Positions 38,693 through 51,727 are shown, numbered from the stretch's first letter. The stretch is DNA of 64,000 nucleotides from Geosiphon pyriformis uo1 (GCA_016748015.1 JAAOMT010000684.1:1-64000); one strand, 5' to 3'. Notes: a model not told the origin generated them from the sequence alone. Translations and numbers: made by a program.

Positions 38693-39760
38693 TTAATTAG
38701 GTGCCTTTGAGAACATATGTAGTAAATTTTCATATGCGGCCTTATGACCATTTTTGTGAGCGGATCGATAACATCTTATTGCCTCATGTATATCTCGTGA
38801 AGACCCTTGAGCGTACCGATAACAATATGCCAGATTATGTATTGCACTGGCATTCTTCCCATATGCTGCCGATTTCCGATACCAATATATACTTTTGTTT
38901 TTGTCTTTCCCAACCCCTTCACCATGTTGATATAGATACCCCAACCAATTTTGTGCACGATCATCACCCTCCGCAGCAGCTTTCGAAAACCAATAAAATG
39001 CCTCCTTAGTATTCTTTTCTATCCCTATCCCACTAAATAAACACGTTCCTAGCCAAAATTGTCCAGCAGGCCACCCACTTTCTGCAGATTTTCGATGCCA
39101 GAAAGCGGCCTTAGTTTCATTGATTGTTGTCCCAATTCCTTCTTTATAACATTGTCCAAGATTACATTGACCACTCGCGTCCCCACCCTTGGCCGATTGT
39201 GAATACCAAGCAAATGCTTTCTCAGAATCAGGCTCTGTACCAATCCCTTCTTGATAAAACCCTCCCAACCAACCAGCGGCTGTTGCACATCCGTTCGTCG
39301 CTGCCTTCTTAAACCAATATAAGGATTTGTCGTAATCTTTCGGTATTCCCAATCCGTAGTAATAAAATGCTCCTACTTGACTTTGTGCCTGTGGATCCTC
39401 AGCTTCGGCTGCAATCATGTTGTATTGAAATGCTTTTTCAGGATCCATATCACACCCTATTCCCCATTGATAAAGGAAAGCCAAGAAAAATGTATAATTA
39501 GGATCATCTCGTTGTTCATATACGGCCATAAAAAGTGTTTCAGGCTTGATCTTGTGAGTATTTAACCATTCGTTGACTTTTATTACGACTACTCTGTCGA
39601 TTTCGTATCGATCGTTCATTTCTTTATAAATTTCTAACAGTGGACCTAGGAAAGAAGACGTTGTCATTGTTGTTGTCGTCGTTGTTGTCTTTGTAGTTTT
39701 TTCATTTTGATTGGTTGACTCGTTATTTTCTTTAGTTGATTTCTTGACTATTTCTGCCAT
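38693..39760 (-). CDS. Sel1-like repeat protein, 355 aa, intronless
   Basis: About 7 Sel1 repeats (e.g. AQSQVGAFYYYGLGIPKDYDKSLYWFKKAATNG) and an N-terminal poly-Thr tract. Confidence 0.93.
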   Translation of the reverse strand: MAEIVKKSTKENNESTNQNEKTTKTTTTTTTMTTSSFLGPLLEIYKEMNDRYEIDRVVVIKVNEWLNTHKIKPETLFMAVYEQRDDPNYTFFLAFLYQWGIGCDMDPEKAFQYNMIAAEAEDPQAQSQVGAFYYYGLGIPKDYDKSLYWFKKAATNGCATAAGWLGGFYQEGIGTEPDSEKAFAWYSQSAKGGDASGQCNLGQCYKEGIGTTINETKAAFWHRKSAESGWPAGQFWLGTCLFSGIGIEKNTKEAFYWFSKAAAEGDDRAQNWLGYLYQHGEGVGKDKNKSIYWYRKSAAYGKNASAIHNLAYCYRYAQGSSRDIHEAIRCYRSAHKNGHKAAYENLLHMFSKAPN

Positions 39761-42700
39761 TTATTATCCAATCCAAAAGCGTGAGTGAAATAAGATTGAC
39801 GCCAGGTTAAGTTAAAAGTCATCAAGATCAGGGAAGTGATAAATTTAAATTTTTCAATTTTCAAAGTAAGCTATTTGAAGAGATTGTTCCCTGGCTTTAT
39901 TAGAAAGAATTATATTCCATTTTGTGAAACCAATATGATAGGAAAGTTATGAGCAAACATGCGGCTGTGCAACTTGCTGAGCCAGCTTGCGCATTTGGCC
40001 ACGCCGAATATGGCCAGGATCTGGTTGGATTTTCAAAATGTTACACGCCGAACCTGCAGCTTTGATCCTACACGAGGGTAAATAAAATAAATCATGTATT
40101 TACCTGTTTGAAATGCGCATTTCCAAAGTGATGGCTTGACAAAAAACAAATTCAAGCCATGATCTTCATTTAAATTAAGCTCTTGAGGAAAAATCGGCAT
40201 TCAATGTCCAAAATTTGTTAGATAAAAAAAACTGAAAGCCATGTAAATCTTTTAGTTAACTCAGGGATAGATAGCATGAGAAATATTTGTCAGGTTTAAT
40301 TTCTATTTCATTTTAAATTGAAAGCGAAATTGCAAAGATTAGCTCAAAGTTTTGAAGCTGAAAGATGATTTCGAAATTTAGTTCATTTTCGAAAGTTTAT
40401 TGTTTTTTCGTGTTGGTTGTGATTAGCCATAATGAGCCACAAAGTTGCCGTCTGATAACAGATTGGAAATTTGGAACAATGGAAATATTTAGAGGTTTAG
40501 AAGCTTATTTTGCCTAAAATTGAAATCATCCAAAAACAATAACGTTCTTGTTTTTTATGGTTCCCAGGAATTTAAATGAACAGCCTGAAAAAAGATGCTC
40601 GGCTTTGATGTTAAAATTCATAATCAATTCTGAGTATATTTTAAAGATGGTTCAAAAGGCAATCTTTTTTCTAAAAGATATGAAAATGATCACGTGATAG
40701 CTAAAAAAAATGATTTTTTAAAATTCAAAAAATTATTTCTGAAATATCATTCTCTTGAATTATTATAATGTAAGCAAACTAATCCAATTTAGCTCAGCCT
40801 TCCAGAAATTCTTCATTAAAATAGTGGTTTCTGCAATAGGGTGAAAATAATTTTTGAGTCATTTTTTTTCTTATGGGTTTTAATATCTTTACACTGCCCA
40901 TGGGTATATATATATATATAAATGTCAAATGCCAAAAAGGAATAAAAAATAGTGAAATATGAAATGCAATAGGTTTTTTGAAATGTTAAGGTATTTCCCG
41001 AAAAGTCACATGCAGTCGAATAAGCCGTCTTCAGCATTGATTAAAAATTTGCAGCGCCGTACAAGCCCATTTGAAGTTTGCGGTGGCACATGTTAGATTC
41101 TGTATTTAGGAGAGTTTTATCAGCCCTAGTTTTCACATTCATTATAATACACAAATAATAAAACCGTTTTAAATGGCCGTGGCCCATCCAGTTCTTCCGA
41201 TAAGACAATGTACACCGCCTTAGAGAGTTATTCAAAAAAATTTTAAGCCGTTTTTGAGGGAGTGGTTGAGGGCTTATTTGGCTTTTTGAATGGCGTTATA
41301 AAGCAGTTTTCAGTAAAAAAAAATGTGTGGCAAGTTTAAAAAATTAAAATTATTTTTATGCTATTGCTCGGCCAATTTTTAATTTTTCTTGGTTTAGTAG
41401 AGAATTCTCAAGAGGGTTATTGCGCCTCTTTTATTAATTTGCTATTTTAATTATGATAGGTTTAAAGGGGCTTTTTCCCGCCATTCGACTTACAGTAGTA
41501 CATGAATATAAGAGTTAGTCATATGCGTTCAATTAACTTGTGACATAATGAACTGGAATTTTCTGTCTAACGACTTCAAAGTTTTTAGTGGCCTTTTATA
41601 ATGCCAATCGTTCCTCTTTTGAATATTTTTGGAATATCTATATTTAATCAAAAAACATCAACCTGTTATTTGCCAAAACCCTAGTATTTGGTTGGAAAAA
41701 ATTAATAATTTATAGTTGAAAATGGTTTTTACAAGTTTTTTTTCATACTTTACAGATTCGGCAAATAAGCCCGAGATTTCTTTAAGCACTTGGCTGGAGA
41801 ATAACTACTGATTACACAATGTAAATATCAACAATTTCATTTGCCAAATATATATTAGGTCAAATTCAGACCTTCAAAGAAGACTAACTACCAAATAATT
41901 TATTAAACTTGTAAGAAAAACTATATATATGCCGAGAAAAAAGGAAAGGATATATCATAATTCCTTTTTTTGCAAATGTGAGGATCTGTATATCAACTGA
42001 AGATCATACCAAATTGGGCTCTCGCCATCTTTTATTAATTGGTCTTCTTTTAATAAAATTTTATTGCCTTTTTGGGTGATTAATTTTTGCAGGAATAATC
42101 TCGAAATTTATTTTTCCAATTGAAATACTTAAATGATTTAAATCGTAAACATTTTTTGGTTAGTTGTGAAAGACAATAAAGTAAAAGGAGGGAAAAGATA
42201 AAAATCTTATATCAAGTTTCAAAAGTGATGCTCTTTACTTTTAAAACAAGAGGAAATTTCATATTTGTATACTTTTGAATTTTTTCTTACCATACAATCG
42301 AAACGAAGTCAGCTTTTTATTAAAACTTCCGAAATTAAAATATTCGCTTTATATCTGCAACTTTACTCGCAAGTCAAATTAAACAGGAAGTGGAATGGTA
42401 ATATAGGGCAAATGAATTTTAGACGATATCCTGAATGGAATTAATATAGGAGGTTTATAGCCAAAATATTATTTCCATTTTGTAAATCTATTTCTAGTAC
42501 TTAATTGAAATCTCTGTTTATATTTCAAGAAAACAAGGGAATTTTCCAAATATATATTTTCAATTGGTGGTTATCTTCCAGCAGCTATAAATTGCACATC
42601 AACACATATTGAAATTGAAGGAAAAAAAGAAAGGTTCCCATAGAATAAAAATTGGTCATGGAAATTTTATTGCCACTCGTTTATATTTATCATATTTTCT

Positions 42701-43018
42701 CAAACTCTCAAGGTTTAACCTTGCAATAAGGGATTTATTCTTCCATCGAACAAGAGATATGAAGAGCTGTTGTGACAAATTAAATTTCCTTTTTTAATCG
42801 AATTTTCTATTTGGTAATCGCTTGTGCTTAATTAAATTACATTAGGAATTTTGACATGCACCATCTTCAATCAAATATGTAGAACATGTTTGAAGCTGCC
42901 CATTATTTTAACATCTTAAAAGATTTTCCAGTCTGCTTCAAACCACCTTTGACCCAGTTTACTACAACTGGTTAAATTTCTCTTTCATTTTAATTCCTTC
43001 TCTTTTCTCCTTGATACC

Positions 43019-46000
43019 ATGAGGTTTCTATCCATCGAATCATGGCTAAGGCCAATAAAATCAACCAAAATTTTAGATTTGAAATTTTCTTTCTATTCTA
43101 TATTTTACATTTCCTTGGTAACTTTCATAATTTGGTCTCCAAAGCTCACTGACGCATTAATTAATCCCGCACCTGGAAATCGTATTGAACATTGCTCGGT
43201 TGCTTATGCGAATAGGTTCTATGTATATAGTGGTAATGGCGATGACCAAGTTCAAAGTTGGTTTAGCTATGTTGAAGCGCCATTCAATACCCAAAATCCA
43301 AAGTGGGTTGCAATGCCAGTTGAGGGTGCTCATAACGTTTCGCGAGCTGCTTGTGTGGTCACTTCGTCTGGTATTTTTTTAGTAATAGGAGGAGGATATT
43401 CTGAGGATCAAGATTATACTGGAGTATCTGCCTTTGACCTTGCGAAAGGAACGGATGGTACATGGTACGGAGGTTCCATTTTTTTTAGATAGAAACTTTG
43501 ATGCCAAAAGTAATTTTTTTTTTACTTATTGTTCTCAGGTATAAACCAAAAACTACGGGAATGGATACCACGAAATTTTTGAAATATAGAGATAGCCATA
43601 GAGCTATCAGTGGCATAACTTCCTTTAAAGAGGAGTTTGTCTTTGTATTTGGCGGGTACAAATCTAATGATACTTATATCCTTCGTGTTGCAAATATGAC
43701 ATGGGAAACTATTCCAATTATGGTATATTTCCAAAGACTTAACTAATTTTATCAGAGAAACAACAATATTCAAAATAACTGAAATTCTTACAATAAACTT
43801 TAGTCCAACAGTCCACCACAAAATGGATTATTTGGAATCGCCTATTCCAAAGATAATGTTTACATTGTTGGAGGCACTTCTGATTTCAATGGCGGTTTAT
43901 TTAATCAAATATGGGGATTTAATGTTCCAACTCGTAAATGGTTTGACCCACAATCCACCATGCCTACAGCCTGGTTCGATGCACATATTGGGAAGCTAAA
44001 CGATACATTTTTCATGGTATCAAGTGATGCTAGTTCTATGTCATCGATGAGAATTTGGGTAAGATGTTTAGAATCAATCTAACCAATTTAACTTTTCCAT
44101 TCTAACGCTGTAAAAAATTCTTTAATCAGACTCTTTCCAACAACTCATTTTGGACCGATAGAGGTTCTATGTCAACACGCGGTCATGAATATTATTCTCA
44201 TGCTCAACTACCTGGGAGTGATGCCCTGATTGTAAGTTGTTTTTTTTTGCGATATTTTTGACTGGTATTTTTTGGAAAATCTGATGGATTACTTTTAATA
44301 ATATTAGACTTATGGCGGCAATGGAAAAAAAAATTCCACTAATTCCACCGAGTCGGATGCTCCTACTTCTGATTTATTAGTTTTTAATATGACTAAAAGG
44401 CTATGGGTAACAGAATGTAATATCGTGACGAATGCACCAATGGATCAATACGTTGGTGGGCCTTTAGCCACTAATCAAGAAGATCCCTTCCTGAAAAAAA
44501 CTACAACTCCCAATGGTAATGATGTCCCAGGAAATGACTCAACTTCTTCGAATACATCATCATCATCGTCCAAAACCAGGAATATATTTATTGGAGGTGG
44601 CGTGGTAGCAGCAATTTCCTTTGCATTAGGTGTCTATCTTGCGATAAGAAATCGAATCAGAAAGAAAATAAAACACATAACTGTCGAACCCAAAGATTAC
44701 CAAGATCTTGAAATTTCTCACCCAGATTATATGACTGGAACGCCATATAAATCAGTAAAATTTAATGCTTTTCCTGAACAGCAAAAACCGGAATCGAGAC
44801 CAATTACGCCAAAGTTTCCTAACTACCCACAATCTGCAAATGCCTCTAGTTCAAGTATTAGAAAACCGGAATCGAAACCAATTACGCCAAAGCCTCCTAT
44901 CTACCCACAATCTGTAAATTCCTCTAGTTCAAGTGTTAGACTTCTAAATCCAACGACAGAAAATAACTCTCATGAAATGCGTGTTCGTCCGAACTTTGAC
45001 ACTAGTTGTAAATTCAAAGACGAGGTCTTTGGGCGTCATAAACTTACTGCAATGATCTACGATCAACCTGACGCTTCATCGATTGGTCCTTCAGCACCAA
45101 CCGGAACTGTAATATTGCATCGGTATCGGTTAGGCGGAAACTCTGTTAACGGTGGTAATAATACCGTGAGACAAGCTCATGACGAACAAACGGACGACCA
45201 AGTTGCGATGAAATTCTTTCAAAGTTATGAGTCATTTGAACGCGAAGTTGTTATGTTGAAATATCTTCGATCACGTCACGTTGGTGAATTACTGGCTTTG
45301 TACGAACTTCCATCAAAAGAAGATTGGCCTTATCTTGGTGTATTAAATTATTATCCCCAAAGCCTTGATAAACTTATCCTGACAAAACTCTCCACCATGG
45401 ACTCTTTATATATTAAACTTGTGATAAAATCTTTAACCCAAGCAATTCATTATCTTCATACACATAATGTGGTCCATTTGGATATCAAACCTGCGAATTT
45501 TGTACATGAATCAGGTGATATTACTTCTTGGTAAGTTTTTTTTTAATTGACTTATATTCTGAGTGGGAAGCAAATCTTGAAAAACTTTGCGCGTTTCATT
45601 TTCTTAAAAGGAGATTAATTGACTTCGAGGCAGCAAGAATAATCGGCGAAGAACCAGTAGACGATTGTTCGCCTTTATATTGTTCACGTAGGTTATAACC
45701 CTTTCTGTCTATTTTTGAGCTTTATCAAAGGATTATTAACAGTGAGAAAATTACATATTTGTATAGCCGAAGTTCTGAATGGAGCACAAACACAATCTTT
45801 AGTAATCGCATCATCGGAAATGGATATGTGGTCGCTGGGTTGCATTATCTTTGAACTTTATACCCACACGCCACTTTTCTATTCACAAGACGAAGCATTC
45901 GAAAAATTATCACAGATTTATCATGCGGGTCAGTTCGTGGATCCACCATTTAACAAAATTCCCGACTTACAAGCAAGAAATATGTTAGAGAAATTGTTGT

Positions 46001-47052
46001 CTGCAAAACCCTCTGAGCGAATTTCTTGTGAACAAGTACTTCGTTCAGCTTTTTTGAATTCCGGCTTAGACACAAGACAAGTAGGGATCATTTTTTTGAT
46101 AATTAATTCTTGAAGTATTTTTGAAGCTAGTGCTAACATTCTGGGTTGTCATGAAAGTTGTCAAGTTTGCAATCAGAGTCAACGAACCGCATCATAACAG
46201 CAGTGAATCAAAATACAACAACAATTCTATCAACCTTGCAAGAAACCACTAATCTCATCCTAAGCCAAATCGACGCTGTTATTAATAGTGTAACAGACAC
46301 GATGGATGCTGCCATTCCTAGATTGTATATTCTTCTTCCTGGAAACGAATCAAAGTCATTATTTAAACCTCAAAACTGGGGCAAAAACACTTTCATCCTG
46401 CACCTCTTATGCGAGGGTCTAGATCCTGAAAATCGAGAAGCTCATTTTACATCTCATAATGGTTATTCAATCCATGACCCGAAACCTTTATTGGCCAAAA
46501 CTGGACCTTATTTATCAATCTTGGCTAAGTTGATGGGTGCAGGGGTAATTTAAAGATATAATTTCAAGTTTTCAAGTAAACAAACAATATTCATTAATAA
46601 CATAATTTTCAAATTTTTTTCAGGTCGGACATTTTACTCATTTGAGACTGCCGGTTAACTTTGGGGAAATTCTGGGTCAAATGAGCATACGACCTACAGA
46701 ATACTTTAAACAATTAACAACTGTTCTTGACATTGCTACGAATGATCCACAACAACTAAAAGACATTGAAATTATTAAGAATGACCCCATTGGTCGTATG
46801 AAAGTCGTACAAGGTCCAGCATTACGAGAACTAGAAGCCTTTTTGGAAAAGAATGATCAAGCGCGCGAGTTGGGAGGCTTAGAACGAATTGTACTAAATA
46901 ATGGTCGGTGGCGATGGGTCTGCGAGGACTGTCAAAAGAAGGTGCATGAAAGGTTAAATAATGAAAATGCACATGATCATCAAATTAATCACCAAGTCGT
47001 TGAAACCTACTATATGAGTGACGAAGATTATTCATCGGGCATGGCAATGTGA
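43019..47052 (+). CDS. Single-pass receptor-like Ser/Thr kinase: signal peptide, Kelch beta-propeller, TM, non-RD kinase, C-terminal helical domain (~1138 aa, 9 exons)
   Basis: Exons 43019-43464, 43539-43722, 43804-44058, 44130-44231, 44308-45530, 45611-45687, 45767-46080, 46158-46544 and 46624-47052 total 3417 nt, with all introns GT-AG and in frame. Kelch GG/W motifs (FLVIGGG, VFVFGG, VYIVGG, LITYGG). TM IFIGGGVVAAISFALGVYLAI-RNRIRKK. Kinase motifs VAMK, HLDIKPAN, DFE, YCSPE, DMWSLG. Confidence 0.88.
44785..44940 (+). repeat. In-frame 78-bp tandem duplication in the kinase juxtamembrane region
   Basis: KPESRPITPKFPNYPQSANASSSSIR / KPESKPITPKPPIYPQSVNSSSSSVR. Confidence 0.9.
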
Positions 47053-50000
47053 TTTGGGACTTTTCAGCGGTTTAAATATTTGGATTTTAATTTCACATTG
47101 AACTTTCTATTCTGGGTTACCTAATTTGAAAAAAATTTAGAGCATTTTTTAGAATACATTTATTAACAAAAATTTATTCCTAATCTATTTTCTCGAATAT
47201 CCTTAAAATATTTGGAAATCAAAAGCAATATTATCATTGAATAAACCATCAAGCATATTTAACACTCTCTATCCTACTTGAATCACTGTAAACTCTCTAT
47301 CCTACTTGAAGCTGAATCGATCCCAGACATGTGTGGTATCCATTTTGGGGATTACATCTAAGAGTTTGGCAATTAGGGAGTTCACAAAGCTGTATATACT
47401 CAAGATTTCTGCAAATAATGAAATTCAGTTCGCTTAAAATAGTGGATATTAGATGAATTTGTTGAACAAATTCTAGAGCAGACTCGATATAAGCGTTCCC
47501 ATTTAATTTAAACATTGGACGAGGGCAGGGTTTACAAAAGTGTCAAAGTCTATCTCAAAATGATGAAAACGGATTTCGAACTTTACATTTTAAGACAAGA
47601 ATTTTTAAATCAAGTCTTTGTTAAAAGTTACTTTTAATCGTTTACTTTGCGAAAAAGATGTAATTTTGAAGATTTGATAAAACGAAAAACATGGAACGAT
47701 GACTATTTTTGACCTTAAGCATTTTATAGTTTTTTTTTGATATTCACATTTTATCTTGGACAATATATTAAATGTTTGCAATATGTAGTATTATTGAATC
47801 CTGACGAGATTTTCGAATCGATACTAAGTTGCAATATCCGAAAACTCAATATTTAAAGGACACTTTTTTGGAATTCCAAATTGATCATTTCTCAAAAACA
47901 AGAAAATCTTAGTGGATAAAGAATCATTTTTCAAGAATACCTTGCTCAATTAAACAGGCCCTCTGATTTCTTGGATCACCAAGTTTATTCTGATTGGTTT
48001 GAGAGGGGTAAAAAACCAAAAAATGTGAAGTAATGAAATCGATTTTTTCTTCATAAATTCATCTGTTCAACGAATTTGGCTCCCCATCAAATAAGAAAAT
48101 ATAAAAGTGGAATGAATATTTCAAAGGTTAAAAAGCAAAAGTTGAGGATCTGATTTATTTTATGAGACTCGATATACAAATGAATCTTCCATGGGCTACG
48201 AGGCTATCATAATTCGGTATGTTTGAATCAAACAAGGATCGATTTTATAAATTTACACTCATCTTTGATCCGACTTTTCCTCAGCATAGAATATTGTATA
48301 GCAACCTTGGTAAGGACAAACAAAATTTTTTGATGTTGAGAGCCTATTCATTTATTTATGTTGCTTCAACTCTTCAAAAAATATGAAATCGATCGATCCA
48401 AAAAGAACATTTAGTTTAAATACTAAGTTTGGTAAGGTAAGTTGAAAGATTTAAAAACCAATTAGCTTCTATGAAAAATGTATAGGCTTAATATGAATTT
48501 ACTATATAAAATTTAAAGAAGTTTTTTAACTTTATTTAGCACGAAAATTTCTCTTAGTCAGTTAATAATTGGAAATTTGAGGAAAAATAATACAAAATTG
48601 ATAGTGATTGGTGAAAAAAAAACAAATATTGGTAGTTTTTGAAAAGTCTGTGGCTTTCAAAATCAAAAAAATTAGACTAAATGCCTTATTGCCTTTATGA
48701 TTCTGAACTTTGTGACATCAATATACTAATAATTTTTATTATTAATAAAAAAGTCGTTTTCTAAAACCAAATTTTTTTTAAAAAATCTACAATAAAAATT
48801 TTATTTATTATTGTTTTTGGTTTGATCTATAAATAGGATCTAATTGATATTACTTTAAAAGTTCCAATACTATTTTTATATCCAATTAGCATATATTTCA
48901 CTAAAAAAGTTTCATCTTTCTTGACCAAGTCAATGGATTATTAATGTACTTGTAACATATTTTGTTCGCATATAATTAACTTGCAACCAGTATGTTTGTG
49001 ATTATTAAATCAATAATTAAAATAATTGTTTAGATTTATATTTGCCAAATAAAGTGACTCTTGAACGTGTCAACTGTTAAATTTTGAGATATCGTTTAAA
49101 AGGGAAAACCAAAAAATGGGTAAGACCCTAACGAAATTCACCATGACTCTGAGTGAAAAGCTAATAAAAATATTCTCTCATACAAACCCTTAAATTTTTT
49201 TAAAAGTCCAAAAACATTAACTAATAGAAATCGTTTTTAATCAGAGAATATAATTTAATATAATTTAATTATTTTGCTGCAATATTTCCAGTAACCAAGA
49301 AATTTGGAATACAATTCAATTATAAATAAAAGATTGAAGGGAAAACCCATTTTTTATGTATATATTTTGGAGAATGTGGTATTTTCTTAGTATAAGTCCT
49401 GAAGCATCGAAAGTAAAAAGTTGGAGATTTCAATTTTGATTGAAGTCCGTTAAAGAAATCGATGAAACCTTTTATAATAATAAATGTAAATTTTAGAAAA
49501 AACAAAAGGAACTAAAAATACTAAGATTATTGCAATAAATTAGACCATGGTATAAAATCTTCATAATTACAGAGTAAAAATTACTTTTAAAATAATTTTT
49601 ATTTATAAGCCAAAATTTTGAACTACCATCATTAGATAATTCTAAATGAAGGATATTTAGTAAAAATTATATTTAATGCAAATTTGAGCTTTGGAAAATG
49701 ACATAAATATAAATATTTTCAAACAGACTTAATGATCAAAATTTTCTTAAAATCTGAATGCTTTTAACTTTCATTTATCAAAACATCTTCTGATTCCTTT
49801 AATGACAGCATAGAGGAATTATTGGTGAAACTGCTCAAGTATTTCCCAAACGATGGATAGAAAATTTCATAATCTAATTATACAGCTAATCACTCTAAAA
49901 ATTTGAATCATAGTGTTAATTTCAAGCCTAAATACTAAACTCAAGAGAGTTATATTCATTCATTCATTCATTCAAAGAACTTGATATATAAAAATATTCA

Positions 50001-50383
50001 ACTGTCAAAAGTGTCCAAGTTTGGAAGTCAAGCTTCGTCCTGAGTTACAATAATATATTTCAGAGTCATGCTCGGGCGCATTGTTATAGTTGATAGCATT
50101 CAAACAATTTTTATGTTAAAAATTTATTTACAGCAAATGTGACTGCAGAACACGTTAATATTATCGGTCATACACTTCATAAAATTTATGGCACACAAAG
50201 AAACTTCAGAGCACATAAGTTGATGTGGCAATATATTTATACTTGTCTCTAAAATAATTCAAATAAAATCTTTCGACATTTATGTTTTTATGCTATCGCA
50301 CACACAAAACTTATATTCGCTTCATTTTCTATAAAAGAATTATTTTACTTCAAAACAGCGATAGCAGTAAAAGTTCTTTGAAA

Positions 50384-51727
50384 ATGACTTTTAACGAGAT
50401 TGACCTGTTCGATCAAGAATTTAATTTAAATTTCAGTATGTCGAAAGAAGATGAAGCAATTCAAAACGATACAATTGATGAAAGTAAAGGTTTGGGGGCT
50501 ATCAGTTAAAGTTTAAAGTTTTTTTTATATAAAATTGATAAGTCAAAATTGATAGATATAGCTTCGACTCCTCATTATGAATTCTTCCCGCAAATCACCA
50601 GTCACCAACCCTCACCTCCTAAATATTCAAGTCATGTCCCAACCTTTAAAAAATATCCTTATAAATGGCAGGAATTTATTGTGATTGATTTGGAATATAT
50701 AGAAATTTTTCGTCGAACTGATTATGGAAGACATGTTATAATGGCACGCCAATTTGCCGATATTGCGCTCTTGCATCGGCGTGGATCTCGTACTTTATCA
50801 ATCTGCCTGGATTGGATGACTCACGAGATGTGTATAGCGACCAATCTCGTTTCAATAATACATATCACCCTTGAAAAAGATATCATCGTCAACATGAAGT
50901 ATAATGAATTTGTTAAGAAGGTGAGATTTTAAATGGAATCAAGTAACTAACTTAAAGAACTCCTCATAAACCATGATTGGAAACTGATTTGCTTTATCAC
51001 ATTCTTTAGTTTTATTTTCATTATGAAGGATGGCCTTACAGATATACTAGCAAACATCTTTTGTTCGATGAAACCTTTCGTCTATTTTCCTCTGGACCAG
51101 TTCAATTTCATTTTAAGCCAATGAACAAAGTGCCGTTAGACCCCATTCTTGAATTTTGTTCTAGGGTCAATGGGAATGGGAAAATTTTAGCCAATTCATT
51201 TAATTTTGTTTTTGATATTTTAAGCGGCATAGTAAGACTTTCCTTGTACTTGTAAACACATCCAAACCCTCAGATGATTTATTTTTTCTATTTGTTTAAT
51301 ATAGTCTCCCACTGGAACTAGAAATCCTCAGAGGTTTAATCGCAATCTAAAAAAAGATGATGAACAAGGGTCACTTGTTGGTAAGACTAGTGAGGTAAAT
51401 CGTAAAATTTTTGCGACACTTGTTATTCAAAAGTGCTCTGATCGTTTATTAATCTTGATCTAAATTTGATAATCCTAGATGTATATAGCTTGTATGTTCC
51501 TGACTGAGATACGTGCCACCCTTTTCTCTTCAAATGGAACGTTTAAAGAATTGAAGGGACATCTGGAAAAAAGATTTGGAAAGATTCGCTGCATATTTCA
51601 CAAGAATTTGGGAGGTTTGTTTGAATTGCGTAGTGAAGATGAATGGAATCATATCAAAGCAGAGAAGGGCCAAACAAAAGGCCCTTTTCCTCGAGTTGAC
51701 TTATTTTTGGAGAAATCATTTTTGTAA
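50384..51727 (+). CDS. Hypothetical 5-exon protein with C-terminal PB1-like domain
   Basis: ORF-track fragments join through GT-AG introns. The last exon MYIACMFLTEIRATLFSSNGTFKELKGHLEKRFGKIRCIFHK..GGLFELRSEDEW..RVDLFLE has the PB1 / ubiquitin-like beta-grasp pattern. Confidence 0.6.

Noticed and set aside
41009-41500. Possible MITE with AGTCGAAT inverted ends
   Set aside because: Only about 8 bp of inverted match, which is insufficient.
47264-47310. 19-bp direct repeat ACTCTCTATCCTACTTGAA x2 (CRISPR-like?)
   Set aside because: Only two copies with a 9-bp spacer in a eukaryotic context; a local slippage duplication.
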